Assembly: GCA_028534125.1 (NCBI GenBank)
Contig: CM052817.1
Span: 55,306,001 to 55,370,000 of the forward strand
Source of the DNA: Lama glama
Taxonomy: Eukaryota
Direction of reading: 5' to 3'
Length of the DNA: 64,000 nucleotides
Part shown: one piece after another, positions 37,775 to 50,930 of the stretch
Layout of the letters: every line of letters starts with the position of its first letter
Position numbering within the stretch: position 1 is the stretch's first letter
Position numbers and translations under genes: made by a program
Notes under the pieces: generated by a model
Databases searched by the model: none
Seen by the model: the letters and a program-made list of their open reading frames with translations, nothing else
What the model was told of the DNA's origin: nothing

Positions 37775-40700
37775 CAATGTTTTCTTTTTCATTGATCTTT
37801 TCTGCTTTTTAAATCTCTGTTTATTTCCTCTCTGATATTTATTATATTCTTCCTTCTGCTGACTTTGGGCTTTCTTTTTTCTTCTTTTTCTCATTTCTTA
37901 AATGGTAGGTATATTATTTATTTGAGAGTTTTCTTATTTCTTAAAATATGTCAGTATCTGTATAAATTTCCTCTTAGAACTGCTTTTGCTGCATCCTATA
38001 GATTTTTGAAAGTTGTAGTCTTTAAATTTTCATTTGTCCTAAGGTATTTTATGATTTCCTCTTTGATTTCTTCACTGACCCATTGGGTTTTTTTAGTAGC
38101 ATGTGGTTTAGTCCCCACATGTTTGTGTTTTTCCCAGTTATCTTTCTGTTACTGATTTCTAGTTTTATACCATTGTGATCAGAAAGATGCTTTATATGTG
38201 GTCAGAAAGATGCTTTATATAATTTCCCTCCTGTTAAGTTTGTTGAGACTTATTTTGTGGCCTAGCATGTGGTCTATCCTAGAGAACATTTCGTGTGTAC
38301 TTGAAAAGAATGTGTATTCTGCTCTTTTTGGATGGAATGTCCTGTAGACATCTATTAAGTTCGTTTGTTCTAATGTGTCATTTAAGATCACTGTTTCCTT
38401 ATTGACTTTATATCTGTTGCTGTTAGTGGGGCATTAATGTCCCTTACTATTATTATATTACTGTCAATTTCTCCCTTTATGTCTTATTAATTTTGCTTCA
38501 TTTATTTAGTGCTCCTAAATTAGGTGTGTATATGTTTAAGAATGTTATCTCCTCTTCTTGTATCATTATATAATGACCTTTATCATTATATAATGCCCTT
38601 CTCTGTCTTTTATTATAGACTTGGTTTTAAAATCTGCTTTGTTTGATATGAATATTTCTACCTCAGCTTTCTTTTAATTTCCTCTTTCATGGAATCTTTT
38701 TTTATCCCCTCACTTTCTGTTCATGTGTCTTTATAGCTCTGAAATGAGTCTTGTAGGCAGCATGTAGATGGGTCTTGTTTTTTTTGTTTGTTTGTTTGTT
38801 TGTTTGTTTAATTGAATCAGCCACCCTGTCTTTTGATAGGAGCACTTAGTCCATTGACATTTAAAGTAATTATTAATAAGTATGTACTATTGCCACTTTG
38901 TCACTTGTTTTCTGGTTGCTGTGTAGTTTTGCCTGTTCTTCTCTTCTTTTAGTCTCTTCTCTTGTGGTTTCATAATTTGTGTTAGTGGTATGCTTATGTT
39001 CCTTTCTCTCTAACATTTTTGTGCATGTTATAGGTTTTTGATACATGGTTACCATGGGTTCTATGTATGTTGACCTACAGCTGTATCTACTTTTTAAAAA
39101 CTGGTAGTAATGTAAGTTCAAACATTCTAAAAGATCTGCATTTTTAACTCTGTTCCTCCACATTTTGTGTTTTCAATGTCATATTTTAATTCTCATGTTT
39201 ATCCATTAACTGTTTATTGTAGTTATATTTTGTTCCTTTTTTGTTGTCTTTTAATCTTTGCACTTAGTTAATCTATAACATTTACTATATATTTACATTT
39301 GTCAATGAGATTTTCCCATTTGAATAACTTCTTATTTCTTGTTGTAGTCTGTTCTTTTTCACTTGAAGAAGCACTTTTAGCACCTCTTGTAAAGTCAGTT
39401 TAGTGTCTATAAACTCTTTTGGTTTTGCTTGTCTGAGAGTTTTTTTAACCTCTCTTTCAATCTTGAATGATAACCTTGCTGGATAGGGTATCCTAGGTGG
39501 TAGGTTTTTCCCTTTTAGAATTTTAAATGCATAATGACTCTCCCTCCTAGCCTTCAAAGGTTCTGTTAAAAAGTCAGCTCATAGCTTTATGAGGGTTCCA
39601 TTTTATGTGATTCTTTGTTCTTCTCTTGCTACCCTTAGAATTCTCCCTTTAACATTTGTTGTTTCAATTATGTGATATATCTTGGTGTGGGTCTCTTTGG
39701 GCTCATCTTGTTTGATATTCTGTGTGCTTCTTGTCCCTGAATATCTGTTTCCTTCTTCAGGTTTGGGACATTTTCCACCATAATTTCATCAAGTACATTT
39801 CTGCACTTTTCTCACTTTTCTTCTTTGGTACCCATATAATGTGAATGTTAGTATACTTGATGTTGTCCTAGAGGTTCCTTAAGTTATTCTCATTTTTTTA
39901 ATTTGTTTTACCTTTTGCTGTTTGGATTGGATGATTTCCATTATTCTGTCGTCCAGATCGTGTGTGCATTTTTCTGTTTCACCTAATCTGTTAATTTCCT
40001 TTAGTATATTTTTCATTTCAGTTACTGTATTCTTCAGCTCTGACTGGTCATTTTTATATTTTCTAGTTCTTTGTTTAAATTCACAGTGTGTTCAAGCTAT
40101 TCTTTCCTACAATTTAGTTTGCTTTCTGATTACTTTTGCTTTGAACTCTATCAGGTAAATTATTTACATCTGTTTTTCTTGGAGTTTTTTTTCCTTATTC
40201 TTTTGCTTGAAACCCTATTCCACTATCTTCTCATTTTGTTTCACTTTCTCTGTCTCTGTGAATTTAGGTGAAATAGTTACCTATCCTGCTCTTGAAGAGG
40301 TGTCCTTATGTGGAAATGTTTTTATGCAGTCTGTGTGTACACAACGTTTTGCATACAAAAGCTGGATCTGAAGTGAGCATAGGCTGGCAGCCATCTCCTT
40401 GGTGGGGGATGCGGCTTAAATTGGAGGGGCCAGAGCCAAATCCGGATGCAAATCTGAGTTTCTCCTGAGTATTATGGCAGTCACTGCCTTGGTTTGCAAC
40501 ATGGCTGGGATCTGATAGCTTGGGGTTGCCACTTCTATGCTGGTTTCATATTTTTCCCAGTGTGTGTGCCTTGGTTAGAAGCTGGGTCAGGGCCAGAGGG
40601 GTTGGTATCACACCACTGATATGGTCTCACCCTCTCCCAAGTATGCATGGGAATGCACACTACAGTGATGGTGGTCTCTGCCCTGAACCTATCTTATGTG

Positions 40701-41378
40701 TGTAGGGACATGAGAGCTGGTCATAGCTACCTTTGTGCTGGTTAGAGGCAGGGCTGAGATCCAACGGGGCTCTCTTTTCTCCAAGTACGAGTATTCTCAC
40801 TGACAAAGGCAGCCTCCTCCTTAGTGGTGAGCAGTGCCAGAACAAGAGGTGCTGGAGCATGAGCCTATTTTGGGGTTTGGGGGCATGCTGGAGTGATCCT
40901 GGTAAGCCAGCCAGAGCCCCAAGCAGTTTTCAATCTGCTGCCTCCACACTGTTCCTGGGAGTAAGCAAAACTGTCTGTGCACTCTTCAAGAGTGGAGTCT
41001 TGATTTCTTACAGCAATTTGGTAAACCCCACTGGTTTTCAAACCACTAAAGGGGCTTATCTTCCCAATGTTGCACCTGGGGTTTAAGTGCCTAGTACATG
41101 AACAAACCTCTTGATTCCCAGGGATGATCCCAAAGCCTGTGATATCCTCTTCTTCTGTGTCTCCCACTAAGGGTGTGGATTCTGACCAAATCACTTCTCC
41201 TCTCCTCCTACCGGATGTCACATGGATCTTCTTTATAACTTTGGTTGAAGTAGAGCTATTCTGCTAATTCACAGTTTGATTCCAGTGAGTTACTCTATAT
41301 GTAATTGTAGTTTTGATGTGCTCATGAGGGAGGTGAGCCCAGCATCCTCTTACCCCACCATCTTGATCTCCTTCCTCC
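37775..41378 (-). mobile_element. 5' half of an L1: 5'UTR, degenerate ORF1 (~40234-39363) and ORF2 endonuclease region (~38896-37775); RT and 3' end absent
   Basis: 5' terminus (minus strand) GGAGGAAGGAGATCAAGATGG...GCTCACCTCC; ORF1 C-terminus FKILKGKNLPPRIPYPARLSFKIE; ORF2 start with IITLNVNGLSAPIKR. Confidence 0.9.
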
Positions 41379-43754
41379 AGATAACATTTTTAAAGGGAAA
41401 GTAATACAATCAACAAAAGTTTCTTTTAAGTTACTCTACTGTATAAAATATGGTGTTAAATTCAGGCATATTTAATCAATTTTTTTATTCCTTCCTGGTA
41501 TCTGACTTAACTTACTAAACCACACTCTATACATAAATTTAGTATGTCAGATATTAAAATTAAACAGCTAGTCAACTTGCAATTATTTTCAAAATGTTTC
41601 CTTCCTATGAGAATAGAGAGGTGACGTCAGCCACAAATATCTTAAAAGTCATGTGTAGGAGAAGAATTGTATTCAGTTTTATGAACAGAACATTTTCTTC
41701 AGCAGAGAGGCTAGAAATACTGTCAGGTGGGAAACACTGGTGCAGATGTGCTTCACAGGGATAAAGTGAATTCCAGAAAAATCCTTTCACTATATACAGC
41801 TATTCTGGGTATTTGTCGACAGATTCTGCAGAATGCAGGATGATCACAGAAAGGGCATATCTCAAGTCTGGGGTGAAGTGAAAGTAATTTTAGAAATTAT
41901 TCTGTCCTTATTCAGACATAGATATGCCCAATATATCCTAGAACTATGTTGTAGATACTTATCCTTTCCAAAATTAGAAATAGCATATTTATGGTCTTTA
42001 TATGATTGGATTTATAGTTTGTCCACACTAGCTAGATCAACTTGATATTTGGTGACTGTATTTTCAATTTCAAATCCATGGGGTGTGCTGACCCACTTTT
42101 TTATTTCCATGCTTTTTGAAAGTTTCAGTACCCTGCCACAGCTCTGACATTAAAGGTGATATGTGTTATGACTGCATATAGATTTCAGCTTAAGTTTAAG
42201 CTGTGTCTTATTGTTCAGAAGGGTGTGCCTATCTGATGAGTTGGTGGGAAAGTCTAGGCAGAAGTCTGCTTGCGTGGTGGTTTGAGGCTCTCCTAAGAGA
42301 ACTCACTGGAAGGCAAAAATGAAGGCTGTCTGAAAAAACAAAGGTTTGGTGGTCAGGGAGAAGAGAGAAAATGAATTTGAAGAAATCAGTCATTTGGATT
42401 TCTCCCCTCTAAATCCACGGGAAAGGGAGGACTGAGTAAATAGAGAAATGTGTTAGTACAAAATGCTGTCTTTTAAGACTTCAGCACTAGGACTTGATAG
42501 ATTTTAAACAGACTTCCACACTGAATAGTAAGACATGCTACCATTTTGTTCTACTAAAGAGTTTATGGCTATTTCTAGTGCATGTATGGTGTGATCTGGG
42601 AAACAGTGAATGGAGTGGTGTCCTATTAAAGAACCACCATGTTCAGCAGGCAGTAGTGCCTTCACAGGGCTTTTCTCCAGTGAACTCAGCCTCCAGGAGT
42701 GATGAGAGTAACAGTACCCAACAGAAGGGGCAGTGATAGTCAGAGGATGGTGTTGTCTGGACTTATTCCACGTGAGAGACAACCTGGGAAATCCAAGACA
42801 CTTAGGTGGAAAAAGCAGGGACCAGAAGCGAAGCTGATGTTCTATATTAGCCAGTGGGAAAAATGCCCTGAGAAATAGAAGTTATTCCTGTTAATGGTGC
42901 CCCATTAACAGGTGAGGCCTGTGGAAACTCTAGTCACAGCAGTGATGCTATTCTTAATCTACTTTGACAGAAATGTGAATTACACATATATACTTCCATC
43001 TCCTCTGAGAATTACACATTGTGTATGGATATTTTGTGTCCGTACCTAATTTGATTTTTTGGAGTCACACATCTGTATTTTATCAGTTTACACATACTAA
43101 GCAGGGCTTATTTCTCATTCCTGTTTAATCTCTGCCTTCACGTTTCCATGTTATGTTTTTGTTAACAGTAAAGCCTTTCTTTACCCTCGAAACTAAAACC
43201 TCTAAGCTGCATGTTGTAACTCTTATATTCTCTTCCAAACTGAAATCACCTTCAGGTTAGTTTTATCTAAATCAGTATCCTCAAATAGACACAATAATTC
43301 TGACACAGGTAATAGTCATATTTCTAGATATTTTGTGACAGTGATGTTCTATATTATAGGTAGTGAGATAGGTAGTGAGTAAAGAAATCCAAGTGTTAGG
43401 TTTAATCTACAGTTGAATGTTAAAAAGTAATTTAGGTGTTCAGAAATTCCCTGAGCCAATTTTCATAGCATATGGACAATCTTATCTTTGTTAATAAAAT
43501 CATTGAAAAGTAAAATATTTTTCACATGGAGTTATTACCAAGAAATAAAATGTATTTTTGAATGTTCCAACCAGATTGATCTAAATGTACATATTTGATG
43601 ATGAAGTTTTGGATATTTTCAAAGGGTATATTAAAATGTGTCCCTTTTATTAAACATATAATAAGATATATAACGTGAGACTCTTAGGTATCACAACTAA
43701 GAGCTTTTCTGTGCATTAGAAATTTCAATTTTTGTTGTTTTTCCTCTTAGCATA

Positions 43755-44241
43755 TATGGTAGGCAGATAATGAGTGCTCCCAAATGCCCATGTTCTGATT
43801 TTTCAGAACCTGCGATCATGTTACTTTCCATGGCAAAGAGAACTTCACAGCTATGATTGTAGACTTGGACATTCTCCTGGATTATCCAGGTGGGAACAGT
43901 ATTATCACAAGTGTTCTTAAAAGTAGAAAAGGAAGGCAGACTAGACATAGATGTGATTGGGGAAAAAAAAAAGACACTGATAAGTGTAAAACTGTTGGCT
44001 TTGATGATAGAGGAAGGGCCCCAAAGGGTTCTGGAAACCTTGGCAACTTGGCAGCCACAAGGAAACAGATTCTCTCCTAGAACCCCCAGAATGGAATACA
44101 AACCTGCTTTCACCCTTGTGTTAGCCCAGCGGGACCCATGTCAGACTTCTAACCTGCAAAACTGTAGGATAATAGATTTGTATTGTGTTAAGCCACTAAG
44201 TTTGTGATAAGTTGTTACAAAGGCAATAGGAAACTAATATA
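43755..44241. mobile_element. MaLR solo LTR (MLT1D-like)
   Basis: tggtaggcagataatg...tcctggattatccaggtggg...ggaaacagattctctcctagaacccccaga...ttaagccactaagtttgtg...ggaaactaatata. Confidence 0.88.
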
Positions 44242-44789
44242 GTGGCTAAAATAATTTCCATGGAAACATTTTTTTAAAAAGGATCAGTATATGTTACATG
44301 ATAGAGTAAATATCTAGTTAAAATATGCTTTCCCCTACCTCCATGAATGTTCATTACCTTCTGAGTTTAAGTAGGTGAACATTTGGGAAATGATCTTTAA
44401 CCGTGAGTAGTCTCAGTTTGACTTTTAATTTTCACATTATCATCAGTTGGTGCTGATCCCAAAACACACTGACTTTGTCTCTGTCAAACTCTAACAGTCT
44501 TTTAGGTTATTCCTGTGTTGTCACCTGTTTTAACTTCTCTTTGCCAGATTCATTCAATTTCCTTTTTTTGAGAAATGTCTCTTTTTCCTCTGGAATAGTT
44601 GTTCTTGCCAAAACAAAGTACTCTGGTATTTTAGATGTATTTGTTTTCAAAGAGGAAATATTAGAATAGCATGCTATTACAATTTAAAATATATTTTATT
44701 CACATGTAGGGATTATGCTGGTTATAGTTGATTCATATTAGGCATTCTATTTATTATCTTATGTAAACTTTCATTTATTACAAGGTTGA

Positions 44790-45325
44790 AATCTAAAACC
44801 TATTTTTCCCAGACTCCCTTTCAGCTAAGGTTCTGAATGCAAATTAGTTTCCACCATTTGATTACCATGTAATTGCAGCAAGATCTGAAAGGCAAGAGTT
44901 AAGCAGAAACCACCTTCCTGTAGCTTTTGGCTATTTCTACTGGCAAACAACTACTGGAGATGTGAGGGTACCCACTTTGTTGCTACATGGTCCTAACTCC
45001 AGTTTTCTAGATGTTGACAAGCAAAGGGAACTGCACCTTGATCTGGTGTCCAATTCCTGGACTGCAGCATCAGGAGCACATCTTCAGCCTCTTGAGGGTT
45101 GGACTGTGTTAGTAAAGACAGAGATACTTGTTTCCACCGTATTGTGTCCTCGGAGATAGTTCTCCATAGTAAGTCAGTTGTGTATAGGTCCAGGAGTTAT
45201 TACAGGAGACTCAGCTTAGGATTTCTTCCTTCAGTCCTAGCAATATTTTGATAAGCACATAATTTGCTATATGAAATTTCCTCATCTTAAAAAATATTTC
45301 TACTTTCTGAGCTGAACTCTGGTAG
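44790..45325. mobile_element. Old ERVL LTR (LTR33/LTR16-like)
   Basis: tttcccagactccctttcagctaaggttct...tttctgagctgaactctg. Confidence 0.6.
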
Positions 45326-47250
45326 AAAGTCCACTCAGGAAATATAAAAATACATTATCCATAAAAAATTGCTGTGCTATTTGTGACAGAAATTTGGTAT
45401 CTTCTGTATTATTAAAAGGAGAGCTAATTATAAGGCAATTATAGCACCTTAATTACCAGACATCTGTATCTATACATTCATGAGCATAATTTTCCCTAGA
45501 ATTTGAATGTGTATATTCATTTCAAGGGCAAAGATTATACATATGCCTGTCATCATTCTAAAAAATATATTTAATTGTTCAATATCTTATCAAGTGTCAT
45601 TCAAGCATAATTCTATTTGTAGAAAGGGAAAAAATCACAAATTAATGCATACATATATATTAGGGATATATACATATTATAGATAGTGATACATCATAAA
45701 TGTATAAATATTATCACTGTATAATATGTATATCTCTACAGCCTATCTCTTTATTTCCTTCTTTTTCTGAGTTATGGGCCAAGTAATGTAATAGATATCT
45801 CTCTAACTATCAAGAGAAAAAATACTTAAAGGAAATGCATATGAATATTCTAGTTTAATTTATTTGTAATCAGTTCTGCCAGCTGTTCCCAACTTTAATG
45901 CCACTTTCTTTCAGGAGTTAGTCTTTTATTTGAGTGGAGATTTATGAAACCTTTTGCATGCAATCATTAAAACTGTGACCACCTCTCACTGCAGCCCTGC
46001 CATTTAGTTTTCTTGCATTATTAACTGGGCAAAGCACTGTATATAGTGATTATGTTCTCAATAATGGAACCTACTCAGCACCCATTAAAATTTCATTCAG
46101 AGCCACTCTTTTTGAATTTTAACATGAAGGAGTTTGCGAATAGGTGTGCACATGATTTCAAACTGCAAGATGAAGCTTTTCTTATAATGATATTTTTAAA
46201 CCTAAAAAACTTGTGCATATAAGTAATATAACTTTTTTATATACATCTGCAGTCGTATGTATTTTTACTTTAGCTTTCAAATCAAGGAAAAACTTTAATT
46301 TCTGAAGAAAGATATTTTTATCCTTTGAATCTACTGTCTAACATTAAGGTACTTCTAATAGTGGTCTCTGTGTTAAATCTGAATAATTTATTTTTCTAGT
46401 AAATACTGGAGAAATTTCAACAAGAAGTTTTCTTGCAATATTGAGAGATCTTAAAATAAGAAGGCAAAATTTCACTATGACGTAATTAGTGAGGCCCAGG
46501 AAAGGTGTTTTTCATTTTGTGTGTGTTGTGTTATGTTTAAAAAAAAAATCTTTGATTTGTTGAATTTATAAAAGTAAAGGACAGTGTAATGATGGATTTA
46601 TTCATTTTCTTGGATATATGTTTTAAGATGTAATAACTCTAAACATTTTGAGAGTTTAATGATTTTAAGTATTGTAGGTATTAATATTTTTGGATTTTTA
46701 GGAATTAGGTATCTAACTATTTTATTATTTTCAAATTATTTATTGAGAAGGTTTTGCTGATGTTTTTGTTTTGTTGTTGTTTTTAATGACCTACAGTAAA
46801 TACTTTTTAGTCATATTAGTCACAGTTTGTTGAAATGAAGGCCTGTTATTTTTGACTCAGTTGCTTAATGATCCATAAATTTCAGTATTAATTAAATAAA
46901 CAAAGACAATCTTATTTGGTGATACATGAATAAGGAGGGGAGTTAAAAGAGCATAAAACTTATTAATTTGGTTGCTATTAGTTATATTAATATAGTTGTC
47001 CCTTGGTATCATTGGGAATTGGTTCTAGGAACCCCTCCTGCCAGGGATACCAAAATCTGCAGATGCTTAAGTCTTTTATATAAAATTATGTAGTATTTGA
47101 TATAACCCACCCACATCTTCCCATATACTTCAGATCATTTGGAGATTACTAATAGCTAGTACAACATACATGTTATGTAAAATGTTGTAAATACAATGTA
47201 AATGTTATGTGACTAGTTACCAACTCATGACAAAACCAAATTTTGCTTTT

Positions 47251-47601
47251 TTTTTCTTTCCAATTTTAATGAGAGATAATTGACATAGAACATTGTATGA
47301 GTTTAAGGTATAAAGCATAATAATTTAATGTACATACTTCATGAACTAATTATCACAATAAGTTTAGAGCATATCCATCATCTTATATAGGTACAAATTA
47401 AATGAATAGAAAAAATGTTTTTCTTGTGATGAGAACTCTTAGAATTTATTCTGTTAACAACTTTTCTGTATAACACATAACAGTAGTAATTATATTTATC
47501 ATGTTGTATATTTCATCCCTAGTATTTACTTATCTTACAGCTGGAATTTTGTACCTTTTAATTGCTTTCATCCAATTCCCCCTCCCCCCAACATCCCTGT
47601 T
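47251..47601 (-). mobile_element. 5'-truncated L1 3'UTR (L1MA-like) inserted in MER2
   Basis: Poly-T, then gagataattgacata...ttcttgtgatgagaactcttag; TSD aaattttgctttt (47239-47251) / aaattttactttt (47602-47614). Confidence 0.85.
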
Positions 47602-47647
47602 AAATTTTACTTTTTAAAATTGTCTGGAATTTTCTTAGTGTATTTTT

Positions 47648-48936
47648 TATTTTAAAAATTTTAAATTTTTATTAAATTTTAAAAGTTACTTTCCATTTAC
47701 AGTTATTATAAAATACTGACTGTATGTCTCATGTTGTACAGTACATCCTTGAGCCTATCTTACACCCAGTAGTTTGTACCTTCCACTTCCCCACTCCTGT
47801 ATTGCCCTCCCCCCTCCCCACTGGTAACCACTAGTTTGTTCTCTATGTCTATGAATCTGTTTCTTTTATTTATATTCACTAGTTTGTTTTCTTTTTTTTA
47901 GATTCCACATATGAACAATAACATATAATATTTATCTTTCTCCATCTGACTTATTTCACTTAGTATTAATGTCCATCCATGTTGCTGCAGATGGCAAAAT
48001 TCCATTCTTTTTTATGGTCCAGTTGTATTCCATTGTGTATGTGTATATGTATATATATATTTTATATATAAAATATACAACACATCTTCTTTATTCATTC
48101 ATCTGTTGTTGGACACTTAGGTTGTTTCTGTGTCTTGGGAATTGTAAGTAATGCTTCTATGAACATTGGGGTGAATGAATCTTTTTGAATTAGTGTTTCT
48201 GTTTTTTTTCAGCTATGTACCCAGGAGTGGAAGTGCTGGATCATGTGATAACTCTGTTTTTAGTTTTTTGAGAAACCTCTATGCTGTTTTCCACAATGAT
48301 TTCACCAGTTTACATTCCCAACAGTGTACAAGGGTTCCCTTTTCTCCACATTTCTCACCATGATTTGTTGTTTGTAGACTTTTTGATGATAACCATTCTG
48401 ACACATACAAGTGATATCTCACTGTGGTTTTGATTTGCATTTCCCTAATGATCAGTGATGTTGATCATCTTTTCATGGGCCTGTAGGCCATCTGCATTTC
48501 CTCTTTGGAAAAATGTCTATTCAATTCTTCTGCCCATTTTTAGATTTTTTTTTTTGATGTTGCGTTGTATGAGCTGTTTATATAGGTATGGAAAACTGGG
48601 CAGCTACATGTAAAAGAATGAAATTAGAACACTTTCTGCCACCATATATAAAAATAAACTCAAAATGAATTAAAGACCTAAATATAAGACTGGATACTAT
48701 AAAATTCTTGGAGGAAAACATAGGCAGAACACTCTTTGACATAAATTGTAGCAATATTTTTTGACTCGGTCTCCTAAAGTAAAGGAAATAAAAGTGAAAA
48801 TAAACAAATGGGATAAAAGTTTTTACACAGCAAAGGAAACCATAGACAAAACAAAAAGATAACCTACTGAATGGGAGAAAATTTTTGCAAGTTATATGAC
48901 TGATAAGGGAGTACTATCTAACATATATAAAGAGCT
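47648..48936 (-). mobile_element. L1 with 5' inversion inserted in MER2: 47648-48584 minus, 48585-48936 plus
   Basis: Minus-strand 3'UTR/ORF2 runs to gagctgtttatata (48584), then plus-strand ORF2 from gaaaactgggcagctacatgtaaaagaatg to atatataaagagct. TSD is degenerate. Confidence 0.9.
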
Positions 48937-49994
48937 TGAATAGTTTTTGATCTGCAGTTAGTTGAATTTGTGGATTTGGAAACAGCAGATTCAGAGGGCT
49001 GACTGTAGATTACTTTATTTCTCCTAAATATGGTTAAGTTCTTTTATGATATCCATTGTATCATTCAAATAATCAGCCTTTAGTCCACCAGATGCATTGA
49101 GCTAACAAAATAAATTAGTAATCCACATAGGTGGTGCAGCAACCAAAGAAAAGTAGATCACATTGGAAAATCAGAACATAAACTCAGTGAACTAGAGTTC
49201 TGGATGAGATAAATGAGACATTCAATAATAATAAATAAATGTATTGTGGTTAAAAAAAGAAATGAAGCAGAAAGAAATTAGAAGAAGGAAGGAAGAAAGA
49301 GAGAAAGACATTAAAATAAAAAAAAAGCATTAAAATAAAGCATTAAATAAAAAAAAAGAATAGATCAGTTAAAGAGGATGGTCATAGTAAGATGTTGACA
49401 TCCAAAATGTTTAAATACATGAAATATTTCAAAGAAATGAATGCAAATATAAACAGGCTACAGTCATAAGTGAAACAAAATGGCAGAGGTTATATTCAGA
49501 ACTATAAATTTGGGAATATGTTTTCCATTGCAAAAATAAAGTACAAGATGGTAGGGAGGCCAGAATTAAAATATAGTGGAAGAAAAGTTTATTAAGATAA
49601 TTAAAGGCCTTACTGATTTCCAAGATTGATTATTGGAACCTCCTTACTAGTAAGAATAAAGAAACCATTTTTTCTAGCTTCAATGCAAGACTAACAAATA
49701 AGTTGTATTATTGGATTTCTTACTAACAGCCCTGAAAGACATTGAAGTGTCATTTATAAACTGTGAACAAAAAATAACTATTTGTCAGTAAGATGAAATT
49801 TCAGGACAAAGTGAAGGTATTGTAAAAATATGCTATAATCTCAAGATTGTAAAATCTATGCATTCTCTTTGATGAAGCTATTTGAGAGAAGACTAACAGA
49901 AAATGAAATGTATAAACATAGAAACATCAACATGGGACAGAAGGTTAAGGAAAAATGACAGTGGTGAGCACTAATGTTGGAAAAGGTAGAGTGG

Positions 49995-50930
49995 TACATA
50001 CTTAATGCTGCTTCTTGCCTTATATCACAAACAGTACTCAAAATTGTACTGGCTTAGCACAATAAAACTTTATTTCTTTCTCATATAATGGACCACCATG
50101 AGTGTTAGGAAGATGGCTTTCTATGCAGTGGTTCAGGTATTTTAGATTGTATGTCACTGCCAAGCCCAAGAGCTTGGGTGTATTCATACCAGCTAACGTC
50201 TGGTGAAAAATTATATGGAGAAGACACATGCACTTCTTAAATGTTTCATACTAGAAGTGACACATTTCTCATGCTCACATACTTTTACAAAGAATTAATC
50301 ACATGGACTCATTTAGCAGTTTCTAAAAAATATAGTTCCTGGTTTAGAAGATATATCTAAAAAGCACAATTACACTTCCCCAATCTCTGTTGCAATTGGA
50401 TGTGTCCATGTGTCTATCCAATGGAATATGTGTGAAAGGAAGTTGCACCATATTTATGCATGGGCCATGGAAGTCGCTCATATTTTATCCTCCTGCTCTT
50501 TTCCTTCAACACTTGGATGCATAAGAGCTTGGAGAACTTGGAAGTCATATTTTGAAGATACTGTAACCATAAGATTGTAGGACGTTGGATTCTTGTAATC
50601 ATTTATATCAATGGTTCTCTACTGTGGTTGATTTTGTCCATTAGGAGACCTTTGGCAAAGCTTGGAGATATTTTTGGTCATCTTAACTAGGAAGGTGCTA
50701 TTGGAATTTATTTGGTAGAGACTATAAATGCTGTTATACATCCTGTAAGAACAGTCAACCACAACAAATTATGTAGGCCAAAAATATTAATAGAGCCAGG
50801 GTTAAGAAACTCTAACTTCCATCAGGAACACATGTTTTTATCCTTTATGAATTAGAAATAAACTCCTACTGTATTAAACCAGTGAGATTTTAGGATTTAT
50901 ATTTTATTGAAGCTAGCATTAAGAATACTT
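49995..50930. mobile_element. Old MLT1 (J/K-like) LTR fragments
   Basis: tggcttagcacaataaaactttatttctttctcat; tggatgtgtccatgtg; agaaataaactcctactgtattaaaccagtgagattt. Confidence 0.6.
50609..50813. mobile_element. MER20 (hAT-Charlie) nested in MLT1
   Basis: caatggttctctactgtggttgattttgtcc...tttggcaaagcttggagatatttttggtcatc...ggttaagaaactcta. Confidence 0.8.

Larger units (their letters stand above)
46993..49005. mobile_element. MER2-type Tigger MITE split into three pieces (46993-47250, ~47602-47647, ~48935-49005)
   Basis: ta|tagttgtcccttggtatc...ggataccaaaatctgcagatgcttaagtc at the left end; gttagttgaatttgtggat...gagggctgactg|ta at the right end. Confidence 0.87.

Noticed and set aside
42050..42810. 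GC-elevated block, possibly an ancient Gypsy/ERV LTR
   Set aside because: I could not identify termini or a family with enough confidence.
42887..42912. Perfect 11-bp hairpin cctgttaatgg-tgcc-ccattaacagg
   Set aside because: One such stem in 64 kb is not surprising by chance, and it is too short for a pre-miRNA or MITE.
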